Shown one piece after another: positions 1 to 8,091 of a stretch of DNA of 64,000 nt. This DNA comes from Clostridia bacterium (GTDB lineage: Bacteria > Bacillota > Clostridia > Christensenellales > Borkfalkiaceae). The DNA lies in the NCBI GenBank assembly GCA_017473605.1, contig JAFUKM010000008.1, positions 26,881 through 90,880 of the forward strand, read 5' to 3'. A model generated the notes under the pieces. That model was not told the DNA's origin. It made no database searches and saw nothing but the letters and a program-made list of their open reading frames with translations. Within the stretch, counting starts at the first letter, position 1. Each line of letters begins with the position of its first letter. Made by a program: the position numbers and the translations under genes.

Positions 1-2
1 AA

Positions 3-113
3 CTTTCGGGCAAGACGAACGCGATTCCCGCGGAATTGCGTAAGAAGGTGCGTCGCGTGATGACGCGCGTTGTGAACGAGGGCAAGAGCAATCTTTTCTG
101 TTTGTTGTTTTAG
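3..113 (+). CDS. 3' end of an unidentified CDS entering from upstream (partial)
   Basis: Open frame from the window edge to TAG 111-113 (...KKVRRVMTRVVNEGKSNLFCLLF*). No recognisable domain. Confidence 0.3.
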   Translation, partial: LSGKTNAIPAELRKKVRRVMTRVVNEGKSNLFCLLF

Positions 114-171
114 GAATAAAAGCAAATGGATTCGGGCATACTTTTTACAAATTCCAAGGGAGGATTTTTGT

Positions 172-327
172 ATGGGTAAGTCTTCGAAGAATAAGAAAAA
201 CAAAGTGCCCCGTTTAACGGAAGCGGAGTACGCAAATTACGTCAATTCTCTTAAAACGGCAGGGCAAGTATGCGACGAATCGCAAAAACCGCCGACAGAT
301 ACAAAGCAAAACACCGAAAAGGTATAA
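172..327 (+). CDS. small hypothetical protein (51 aa, Lys-rich N-terminus)
   Basis: ATG 172 lies 8 nt after AAGGGAGG (156-163). TAA 325-327 is followed directly by a strong intrinsic terminator. Too short for the ORF track. Confidence 0.4.
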   Translation: MGKSSKNKKNKVPRLTEAEYANYVNSLKTAGQVCDESQKPPTDTKQNTEKV

Positions 328-359
328 AAAACGGCGAGCGGAAACGCTCGCCGTTTTTT
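328..359 (+). terminator. rho-independent terminator
   Basis: Stem AACGGCGAGCG / CGCTCGCCGTT with a GAAA loop, then a T-run. Confidence 0.75.
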
Positions 360-431
360 GCTTCAAGTATACAAAAAACGCGCTTTGGGCATACTTTATA
401 TAGTGAAAATCATAAAAAGGAGATAACACCC

Positions 432-1709
432 ATGAATCCGTTTGAAGAAAAAGCGCAACCGATAGAAAAGGCGTTGCAAAATTGGCAGGAAATGTACCCA
501 AAAGCGTATAATAAACGGGAAATCGACCCGTATACCAAAACGCGGATTATCTTGATGAACGGCACCGAATATGAAGCCAACTGGTTTTCTCATCAATTTG
601 CAAGACATACCGACAATAACGATTTGCGTCGGGATTTGGCGCTTGCACGACAGGTGGAAAAACAGCAACAGCAAAAACTCTTCTTATTAAAACCGCAAAA
701 CGAGAGCGTATTGGAACATACGATAGGGTATGAACAACTCGCCGTCGATTTAACGGCAGAGCTTGCGAAGCGAGAGCTAGATTGCAACGTCAAAACGGCG
801 CTTGATTTCGCGTTGCTCGAAGATTTCGACCATTTGTACCGTTACGCCGATTTGCTGGAAATGGAACAGGGCATATACGCCGAGTGGTTGGTGGGAAGAT
901 ATACGGAAATTATGCCGGGTAGACCGACGATTGCCCATCACCGCCATCCCGTGGATAACGTACGGCGCAATATCAACGCAAAAACAGCGGATACGCAAAC
1001 GGTGCTTTCCACGATGATTATCACGGCGGCTGAACAGCAAACGATGAACTATTATATGAACGCCAGCGCGTTCGCTTGCTCCGATTTGGGGCGCAGATTG
1101 TACGAAGAAATCGCGCTCGTGGAAGAAGCGCACGTTACGCAATACGAATCGCTCATCGACCCCAACGCCACGTGGTTGGAAATGCTGTTGTGGCACGAAT
1201 ATACCGAGTGCTATTTGTATTGGTCGTGCTATAAAACGGAAACGGACGCATGTATTAAAAAGCTTTGGGAACAAAATTTCGAATTTGAAATCGCCCATTT
1301 GCATAAGGCGGCGGAACTTTTGAAAAAATACGAGAAAAAGGATTGGCAGGAGGTCATCAAAGACCCCGTATTCCCCAAACCGCTCGAACTGCACGAAAAT
1401 ATCGATTACGTGCGGAAGATATTAGGGGAAACGGTGCAATATACTTCGGTAAAGGAAGATTATAAAAAAATAAAAGATTTGCCCAAAGACGCGGATTTTT
1501 TCCGTTTTCAAGAAATTACCAACCCCAGCGTGGATATCGTGCCGTCCCATTGCGTAATACAACAATATATTTGTCGTCACGGCGCAGATTACCGCTATCA
1601 AGTAGCGCCTTCGCCCGTACCCGAGCTTCGTAACCGCCGTCAAGATAATACCTGCGTAGGCAGAAAAGCGGACGCGGCGGATTCTACCGAATTTTTTTGC
1701 GACGAGTAA
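432..1709 (+). CDS. ferritin-like / di-iron helical-bundle-like protein of unknown function
   Basis: I use the internal ATG at 432 with AAGGAG 6-7 nt upstream. The track start at 270 lies upstream of the terminator at 328-359. ExxH-type motifs are present (LVEEAHVTQYE, FEIAHLH). Confidence 0.6.
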   Translation: MNPFEEKAQPIEKALQNWQEMYPKAYNKREIDPYTKTRIILMNGTEYEANWFSHQFARHTDNNDLRRDLALARQVEKQQQQKLFLLKPQNESVLEHTIGYEQLAVDLTAELAKRELDCNVKTALDFALLEDFDHLYRYADLLEMEQGIYAEWLVGRYTEIMPGRPTIAHHRHPVDNVRRNINAKTADTQTVLSTMIITAAEQQTMNYYMNASAFACSDLGRRLYEEIALVEEAHVTQYESLIDPNATWLEMLLWHEYTECYLYWSCYKTETDACIKKLWEQNFEFEIAHLHKAAELLKKYEKKDWQEVIKDPVFPKPLELHENIDYVRKILGETVQYTSVKEDYKKIKDLPKDADFFRFQEITNPSVDIVPSHCVIQQYICRHGADYRYQVAPSPVPELRNRRQDNTCVGRKADAADSTEFFCDE

Positions 1710-1828
1710 CTTTTATCACTAAAAAAACGCTTTGCATTTTAGACGGCGGTACGTTGACGGCTACGGCAGGGAATTATAAGGTAACGTTGATATTGTTTGA
1801 AAAAGTATAAATGCGAAAGACGGCGTTA

Positions 1829-1856
1829 AAAAGGACGGATTTGCCGTCCTTTTTTC
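1829..1856 (+). terminator. rho-independent terminator
   Basis: Stem AAGGACGG / CCGTCCTT followed by a T-run. Confidence 0.7.
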
Positions 1857-1895
1857 GTTACTGTGAAAACGGGGTAAAAAATCGGGGTAAACGTA

Positions 1896-1924
1896 TTGAC
1901 ATTTATTGTCAGTAGTGCTATAAT
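1896..1924 (+). promoter_or_regulatory. sigma-A type promoter of the glycosyltransferase operon
   Basis: TTGACA, 17-nt spacer, TATAAT. An inverted repeat GTCATAA-N3-TTATGAC follows at about 1934-1951. Confidence 0.55.
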
Positions 1925-1969
1925 GGAGAAAATTGTCATAAAATGTTATGACTTTAAGGGAAGTTGCTT

Positions 1970-3118
1970 ATGAGAATAACGGTGGTTAGCGACGTTCTGG
2001 GCGAAGAGAACAATGGAACGACGATTGCGGCGTATAATTTAATACGGTTTTTGAAAAAGCGGGGACACGACGTGCGGGTGCTTTGTTCCGACCAAACGAA
2101 AAAGGGAGAAGAGGGCTTTTTTGTCGTACCCAATTTGAACCTTGGAAGACCGCTCAATAATTATTTGAAAAAGGTGGGCGTAGCCCTTTCCAAACCGCAA
2201 AGAGAGATAGTGGAAGCGTCGCTTGACGGCGTAGAACACGTACACTCGATTTTACCCTTTGCGCTTGGGAAAATGGCGCTTGAAATAGCAAGGGAAAAGG
2301 GGATTTCTTTTACGGCGGGCTTTCATATGCAGGCGGAGAATTTTACCAGTCACGTGAAATTGAATAAACTAAGAGCCGCCAATCAAATGGTATACAAATA
2401 CGTATATAACGGATTCTATAAATACGTAGACGGAATTCATTATCCCACGCAATTTATTCGCGATACGTTTGAAGAAGAGATAAAGGAAAGGACGAACGGG
2501 TACGTGATTTCCAACGGCGTTCACGCCTACGTAAAACGGCGCGAATCGGTAAAGCCGACGGAGTATCAAGACAAAACCGTGATTTTGTCCGTGGGGCGTT
2601 ACTCCCGTGAAAAGTCGCAAGACACGCTATTGAAAGCGGTGCTGTATTCCAAATATAAAGATAAAATCCAAATTATACTTGCAGGGCAAGGTCAAAAAGA
2701 AAAAGCTTACAAAAAATTGGCGAAAAAATTACCCGTTCCGCCCGTCATGAAATTTTTTGACCGTGAAGAAATGATAGACGTGCTTAATTACGCGGATATT
2801 TACGCGCATCCTGCGGAGGTGGAGCTGGAAGGTATTGCCTGTTTGGAGGCGATAGCGTGCGGAAAATTGGTGGTCGTTTCCGATTCCAAATTGTCCGCTA
2901 CGCGTAATTTTGCCGTGGACAAGCGCTGTGTGTTTGAAAACCGTAACCCCGAAGCTTTGGCAAAGGTGCTCGATTATTGGATAGAGAATCCCGAAGAAAG
3001 AGCGGCAATCGAGCAAAAATACTTGGATGAGTCGGTTACGTTCGACCAAGAAGAGTGTATGAAACGTATGGAAGAGATGATGTTTGAGGTGGTACGTGCG
3101 AAAAAGGAAAATTCCTGA
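1970..3118 (+). CDS. GT-B fold glycosyltransferase (Glycos_transf_1 / GT4-like)
   Basis: N-terminus MRITVVSD..NGTT is typical of GT4. C-terminal E-x7-E region is EGIACLEAIACGKLVVVSD. ATG 1970 is preferred over TTG 1964. Confidence 0.85.
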   Translation: MRITVVSDVLGEENNGTTIAAYNLIRFLKKRGHDVRVLCSDQTKKGEEGFFVVPNLNLGRPLNNYLKKVGVALSKPQREIVEASLDGVEHVHSILPFALGKMALEIAREKGISFTAGFHMQAENFTSHVKLNKLRAANQMVYKYVYNGFYKYVDGIHYPTQFIRDTFEEEIKERTNGYVISNGVHAYVKRRESVKPTEYQDKTVILSVGRYSREKSQDTLLKAVLYSKYKDKIQIILAGQGQKEKAYKKLAKKLPVPPVMKFFDREEMIDVLNYADIYAHPAEVELEGIACLEAIACGKLVVVSDSKLSATRNFAVDKRCVFENRNPEALAKVLDYWIENPEERAAIEQKYLDESVTFDQEECMKRMEEMMFEVVRAKKENS

Positions 3119-3902
3119 AAAGACGGTATATTATAAAGACCCGTTGAACGACGAGTTTTCGGGAACGAATATCCACCGTACGGTGGTGGGCGATAATTTT
3201 AAGTATATTCACAAAAATCCGTTGTGGCGCGCGACGGCGTTTCTCGTATATTTTCTGATAGTTGTGCCTGTCGTTTGGTTTTTTGAAAGGGTACTTCGTC
3301 GGGTAAAATACGTAAACCGCAAAGCGCTGAAAAAGGTGCGGAAACAAAAATGCTTTTTCTACGGCAATCACACGCGCGTTTTAGACGTATTTACGTCCAG
3401 CCTTATGGTATTGCCAAAGCGCAGCAAGGTTGTCGCCGACCCCGATTCCGCTTCGCTCAAAGGCTTGAAAAACCTTATACAAATGCTTGGCGCGTTGCCG
3501 CTGCCCACAACGAAGCGGGGTATGATGGAATTCGTAAAGGCGATGGATTACTACCAAGAGAAATTCCATATTGTCATCTATCCCGAAGCGCACGTGTGGC
3601 CTTTTTATACGGGCGTAAGACCGTTTACGAGCGCGTCTTTCCGTTATCCCGTTAAATACGACGCGCCCGTCATTGCGTTCTTCACCGTTTATACCGAGCC
3701 GAAAGGCTTTTTGGCTCGTTTCCGAAAGGCGAACAGGACGATATATTTAAGCGACCCTATCTATCCCGACGAAGGGCTTTCTCCCAAGGAGGCGCAGCAG
3801 AATTTACGCGATAAAGTGTATGCATTTATGATGGAAAAATCCAAATTAAGTACGTATAAAGTAATTGAATATATCCAAGAAGAGCAAAACGTCTGCGAGT
3901 AA
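3084..3902 (+). CDS. lysophospholipid (1-acyl-sn-glycerol-3-phosphate type) acyltransferase
   Basis: HX4D motif NHTRVLD and a YPEAHV block. The start is uncertain (TTG 3084 or GTG 3096) and overlaps the end of the glycosyltransferase gene. Confidence 0.78.
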   Translation: MRWYVRKRKIPEKTVYYKDPLNDEFSGTNIHRTVVGDNFKYIHKNPLWRATAFLVYFLIVVPVVWFFERVLRRVKYVNRKALKKVRKQKCFFYGNHTRVLDVFTSSLMVLPKRSKVVADPDSASLKGLKNLIQMLGALPLPTTKRGMMEFVKAMDYYQEKFHIVIYPEAHVWPFYTGVRPFTSASFRYPVKYDAPVIAFFTVYTEPKGFLARFRKANRTIYLSDPIYPDEGLSPKEAQQNLRDKVYAFMMEKSKLSTYKVIEYIQEEQNVCE

Positions 3903-4111
3903 CGCAGGCGTTTTTAGACGCTGTTTTATTGGATACATTACGTCGTCCCGTTTGTGCATATGACAAAATTCGAGCGGCGAAAAAGGACGAAAACGCTCGT
4001 ATGGGGGCAACCGCAATCGCGGACGTCCGCATACGACAAGGATAGGGCAGGTATGCGTTCAATCGTCTAAATTCGACAATGGGAAAAAGATTTCTCGATA
4101 GGGGAGTTTTA

Positions 4112-4160
4112 CCGTAAAAATAAATATGAGGCGAACGACATTTGTCGTTCGCCTCATATA
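4112..4160. terminator. bidirectional terminator between convergent genes
   Basis: 17-bp perfect palindrome ATATGAGGCGAACGACA/TGTCGTTCGCCTCATAT flanked by A/T runs. Confidence 0.75.
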
Positions 4161-4175
4161 TTTGAACTATTTTAA

Positions 4176-5543
4176 TTAAACGTTGGGCAGTTTTGCAAGC
4201 GCTTTGCCGATTTCTTCGTCCGAAGGGATATAGTCGCTCATCTTGCCGTCGTGGAATTTTTCATACGCCACCATATCGAAGTAACCCGTTCCCGTCAAGC
4301 CGAATACAATCGTCTTTTCTTCGCCCGTTTCCTTGCATTTGACAGCTTCGTCTATCGCCACCCGTATTGCGTGTGAGCTTTCGGGAGCGGGTAAAATACC
4401 TTCTACTCTTGCAAAGTATTCTGCCGCTTCGAATACCGAAGTCTGTTCTACTGCTCTCGCTTCCATAAGCCCTTGTGCGTACAGTTCGGAAAGGGTACTC
4501 GTCATGCCGTGATAGCGTAATCCGCCTGCGTGGTTTGCCGACGGGATAAAGCCGCTGCCGAGCGTATACATTTTGGAAAGGGGACATACTTTGCCCGTAT
4601 CGCAATAATCGTATGCGTATTTACCGCGCGTAAGCGAAGGACAGGACGCGGGTTCTACCGCGATAAAACGATAGTCCGCTTTGCCTTCCAGTTTTTCCGC
4701 CATAAACGGCGCAATCAAACCGCCGAGATTGCTTCCGCCGCCTGCGCAACCGATAATGATATCCGGCTTCACGTCGTATTTATCGAGCGCCGCTTTCGCT
4801 TCCAATCCGATAACCGATTGGTGCAAAAGGACTTGATTGAGTACGCTGCCGAGAACGTAGCGGTAGCCGTCCATACTCGTCGCCGCTTCCACCGCTTCGG
4901 AAATGGCGCAACCCAAGCTTCCCGTCGTGCCGGGGAATTCTTCCAAAATTTTTCTGCCTACCGCCGTCGTCGTGGAAGGGGAAGGGGTTACGTTTGCACC
5001 GTAGGTACGCATAACTTCTCTTCTGAACGGCTTTTGTTCGTAGGAAACTTTGACCATATATACTCTGCAATCGAGTCCGAAATACGAGCAAGCCATAGAA
5101 AGCGCCGTGCCCCATTGTCCTGCGCCCGTTTCCGTTGTAACGCCTTTCAGCCCCTGTTTTTGGGCATAATACGCTTGCGCGATTGCCGAGTTGAGTTTGT
5201 GCGACCCGCTCGTGTTATTTCCCTCGAATTTGTAATAGATATGCGCAGGCGTGCCGAGCGCTTTTTCCAAGCAGTACGCACGTACCAAGGGGGCAGGGCG
5301 GTACATTTTGTAAAAGTCCCGAATTTCCTGCGGAATTTCAATCATTTTCGTCGTATCGTCGAGTTCCTGCTTGACGAGTTCTTCGCAAAAGACTTGCGAA
5401 AGTTCTTCCTTTGTCATCGGCTGCAACGTTGCGGGGTTGAGCAACGGCGCGGGTTTTTTATCCATATACGCGCGGAGATTCATCCACGCTTTGGGAAGCT
5501 CGTTTTCTTCTAAATAAATTTTATAAGGGATTTCTTTTTTCAT
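4176..5543 (-). CDS. trpB: TrpB-like PLP enzyme, TrpB2 class tryptophan synthase beta
   Basis: 455 aa. PLP-lysine context NTSGSHKLNSA and GAGQWG..GGGSN blocks. AAGGAG sits 8 nt upstream of the ATG. No trpA in the window. Confidence 0.9.
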   Translation of the reverse strand: MKKEIPYKIYLEENELPKAWMNLRAYMDKKPAPLLNPATLQPMTKEELSQVFCEELVKQELDDTTKMIEIPQEIRDFYKMYRPAPLVRAYCLEKALGTPAHIYYKFEGNNTSGSHKLNSAIAQAYYAQKQGLKGVTTETGAGQWGTALSMACSYFGLDCRVYMVKVSYEQKPFRREVMRTYGANVTPSPSTTTAVGRKILEEFPGTTGSLGCAISEAVEAATSMDGYRYVLGSVLNQVLLHQSVIGLEAKAALDKYDVKPDIIIGCAGGGSNLGGLIAPFMAEKLEGKADYRFIAVEPASCPSLTRGKYAYDYCDTGKVCPLSKMYTLGSGFIPSANHAGGLRYHGMTSTLSELYAQGLMEARAVEQTSVFEAAEYFARVEGILPAPESSHAIRVAIDEAVKCKETGEEKTIVFGLTGTGYFDMVAYEKFHDGKMSDYIPSDEEIGKALAKLPNV

Positions 5544-5654
5544 AACCTTGTTCTCCTTTTTAACGATGAATTTTTAATGGTGATTTTGAAGTGTGTTAAA
5601 AGCGCGGTATCCGTTTGCCGCCATCGAAAAATATTGTGTTGGTCCATACGTTAC

Positions 5655-5984
5655 CTCCTGAAAATAAAAAGCCCGAAGGACGGATTTCTCCGTGCTTCGG
5701 GACGATATTTCTACCGCGGTGCCACCCAAAATTGACTTTGTTCAAGTCCGCTTATTTGCGTACCATCATACGCATTGCGCTGTTACGGGCGCTGCCCGTC
5801 GATTGCTACTGGCAAAATTTCTTTCGCGTTCGTTCGCCCTCATAAGCCCATTCCTTGCCGTTCGCCGTATTGCATTTCACCAATCGCAACTCTCTTTGCC
5901 GTTCGAATTCGGAAGTACTACTCTTATTCATCGGTTTATCTATGAAATTGTTTATATCTTACCACTTTTTTTTTGCGCCGTCAA
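5655..5984 (-). promoter_or_regulatory. T-box leader (Trp specifier UGG) with promoter and terminator
   Basis: On the minus strand: TTGACG-17-TAAGAT (5984-5956). AGAGA/GGTGAAA stem I elements. GGAA-UGG-G specifier (UGG = 5850-5848). T-box core AATTTTGGGTGGCACCGCGG (5733-5711). Terminator hairpin 5702-5671 plus a U-run. Confidence 0.85.
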
Positions 5985-6020
5985 GCGTTTGAGAGAAGAA
6001 AAATGATATTTTTTGAGATT

Positions 6021-6572
6021 TTACAATTTTACGCAGTCGAAAATGCCGCCCGTTTCCAAGTCTTTCCAAGTAAATTCCCCGTTTTCGTAGACGATATACG
6101 AGTGAGGCGTTCCGTCCTTGGGGAGAGATACCGAACCGCAGTTAATATACGTCACGCCATTAGACAGTTTTTCCGCTTTGGGCGCGTGGAAATGCCCGTT
6201 TAAGAGCGCGTCGCCTTTTTTCAGCAAAGGGGGATTTTCGGCATTGAATAAATGTCCGTGTGTGGCGAACAGCGTTTTGTCTTCGTCGGTGATAAGCGCA
6301 AAGTCCGCCATCATCGGGAAATCGAGCACCATTTGGTCGACTTCGCTGTCGCAATTCCCGCGAATCGCCGTGATTTTATCGGCAAAACGGTTGAGCATAT
6401 CGAATACCTTTCTCGGTTCGTACCCATCGGGGAAATCGTTTCTCGGACCGTGATAAAGCAAATCGCCGAGAAGCAAGAGCTTGTCGGCGTTTTCGTTTTC
6501 AAAAGCTTGTAAAAGCGCTTCGCACCAATACGCAGAGCCGTGAATATCCGAAGCGATGATGATTTTTTGCAT
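6021..6572 (-). CDS. yfcE: YfcE/MJ0936-family metallophosphodiesterase
   Basis: SDIHGS, GDLLYHGPRN and GHFH motifs. 183 aa. Confidence 0.85.
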   Translation of the reverse strand: MQKIIIASDIHGSAYWCEALLQAFENENADKLLLLGDLLYHGPRNDFPDGYEPRKVFDMLNRFADKITAIRGNCDSEVDQMVLDFPMMADFALITDEDKTLFATHGHLFNAENPPLLKKGDALLNGHFHAPKAEKLSNGVTYINCGSVSLPKDGTPHSYIVYENGEFTWKDLETGGIFDCVKL

Positions 6573-6582
6573 AAAGCACCTG

Positions 6583-7581
6583 TTAGAAAATAAATTTGAT
6601 AACGTCCATTTGTTCGGGTAAATTCACGCCGCTTTCCACCATATGCGCGTAATGCTCCATAAGCTTGGGCAGTTCTTCTTCCTTAAAGCTATGGTAGGGG
6701 AATTCCGTATAATTTACCGCTTTATTGGCGAGCAGGTTGATTGCCGTGGAAACGAATTCACGGCTTTCCGTGATGCCCTTAATCGTAACGTTGTTTTTCA
6801 AGGCGTATTCGAGATTGACGTGCAAGCTCTTATACGTCGGCGCGCAAAACGCGACGAAAGCGTCCCGTTTGACAAGGGGGAAGAGCACGGAAGGTTCGCT
6901 GCGGTTGACGTATGCAAGGTACACTGCGCCGTCCGCCAGCTTTCCGCCCGTAACGTTCATAACGTTCGTCTTTAACGTGTCGTCGTTGGGGAAGGTGTAA
7001 TAAATACCGCTCTTTTTCGCACGTGCAAGCCGTTCCGCGTTGTTGTCCGCAAGAATAGGCACAGCTCTATGATAGATAAGGATTTGGCAAAGCACGTTTG
7101 CATACAAACCGCCGCCAAGCACCAAGATATGCTGACCTACGTCTACTTGCATTTCGTCTACGACCCGTTCCGCAAGCGCGATAGCGTCGATGAGAAATGC
7201 GGCTTCGTCCGACACGGAAGAAGGCAGGGGATACACGTCGTCCACGCCTGCTAAGACGAAATCGCGGTAAAATCCGTCCGACGTTTCGCCTGCAACGCGC
7301 AAGCCGTCGGGGGCAAGTTCGTCTTCCGTTACGCCTGCAAGATAGACTCTTTCCCCCTTTTTAATAAAGGAATCTTCGCCGACTTCCGTTACTTGCCCGA
7401 TGGCGAATTTACCGGGAATAAACGGCGCCTTAACCTTAATTGCGCCCGTATAGACGGCTACGTCCGATTCGGTGAGCAAAGCTTTGGTGATTTTCACCTT
7501 TACTTTATCCGATTCTAATTTCAAATCGGGAGAAGTAACGTGTTGTAAGTTGTGTGGATACGCGAGTTGCCATACTTTCAT
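6583..7581 (-). CDS. medium-chain dehydrogenase/reductase (alcohol dehydrogenase-like) family protein
   Basis: Start at the internal ATG 7581 (MKVWQLAYP...). GroES-like N-terminal domain, VLGGGLYA Rossmann motif. The usual Zn ligands are not obvious. Confidence 0.72.
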   Translation of the reverse strand: MKVWQLAYPHNLQHVTSPDLKLESDKVKVKITKALLTESDVAVYTGAIKVKAPFIPGKFAIGQVTEVGEDSFIKKGERVYLAGVTEDELAPDGLRVAGETSDGFYRDFVLAGVDDVYPLPSSVSDEAAFLIDAIALAERVVDEMQVDVGQHILVLGGGLYANVLCQILIYHRAVPILADNNAERLARAKKSGIYYTFPNDDTLKTNVMNVTGGKLADGAVYLAYVNRSEPSVLFPLVKRDAFVAFCAPTYKSLHVNLEYALKNNVTIKGITESREFVSTAINLLANKAVNYTEFPYHSFKEEELPKLMEHYAHMVESGVNLPEQMDVIKFIF

Positions 7582-7721
7582 AAGAGCTCGTTTCCTTTTT
7601 ATTTCGCGTTCGCGCGTTGAAATAGAACGCGGAAAAAATCCGCTTCTCACGCAAACAAGATAAGTATAACGCATTTTCAATAAATTTGCAAGTATTTTTT
7701 ATAATTTGGGCGTAAAAACAG

Positions 7722-7750
7722 TTGACGAAGCAAAAAAAAAGCGTTATAAT
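7722..7750 (+). promoter_or_regulatory. sigma-A type promoter of rpmE
   Basis: TTGACG, 17-nt spacer, TATAAT. Confidence 0.6.
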
Positions 7751-7795
7751 TGGAAAGCATTGTAATGAAAATAACGAACAGCGAGGTGAAAATAT

Positions 7796-7999
7796 ATGAA
7801 AGCGGACATTCATCCCAATTATCACGAAGTAACGGTTACCTGCGCTTGCGGCGCTACGTTTAAGACCGGCACGACGAAAGATTGCGAAGTGTTGAAGGTG
7901 GATATTTGCAGCAACTGCCACCCTTTCTTCACGGGTAAACAAAAGTTGGTTGATACCGGTGGACGTATCGATAAGTTCAAGAAGAGATACGGTATGTAA
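7796..7999 (+). CDS. rpmE: 50S ribosomal protein L31
   Basis: [15 protein letters not shown]...[13 protein letters not shown] signature. 67 aa. Confidence 0.96.
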   Translation: MKADIHPNYHEVTVTCACGATFKTGTTKDCEVLKVDICSNCHPFFTGKQKLVDTGGRIDKFKKRYGM

Positions 8000-8006
8000 C
8001 AAAAGC

Positions 8007-8045
8007 AAGGGCTTTAAGACGCCACGGTGTCTTAAAGCCTTTTAC
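8007..8045 (+). terminator. rho-independent terminator
   Basis: Stem AAGGCTTTAAGAC / GTCTTAAAGCCTT followed by TTT. Confidence 0.65.
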
Positions 8046-8091
8046 TTTCCGAAAATGCAGTACGCGTAACGCGTTTTGGGTGTGATATAAT

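Noticed and set aside
270-431. N-terminal extension of the ferritin-like gene (track start 270)
   Set aside because: The extension reads through the small ORF and an intrinsic terminator (328-359). ATG 432 has a proper AAGGAG.
4530-5513. 327-aa plus-strand ORF opposite trpB2
   Set aside because: The minus-strand gene has the PLP-lysine motif, an SD and a T-box leader. The plus-strand product is Arg-rich nonsense.
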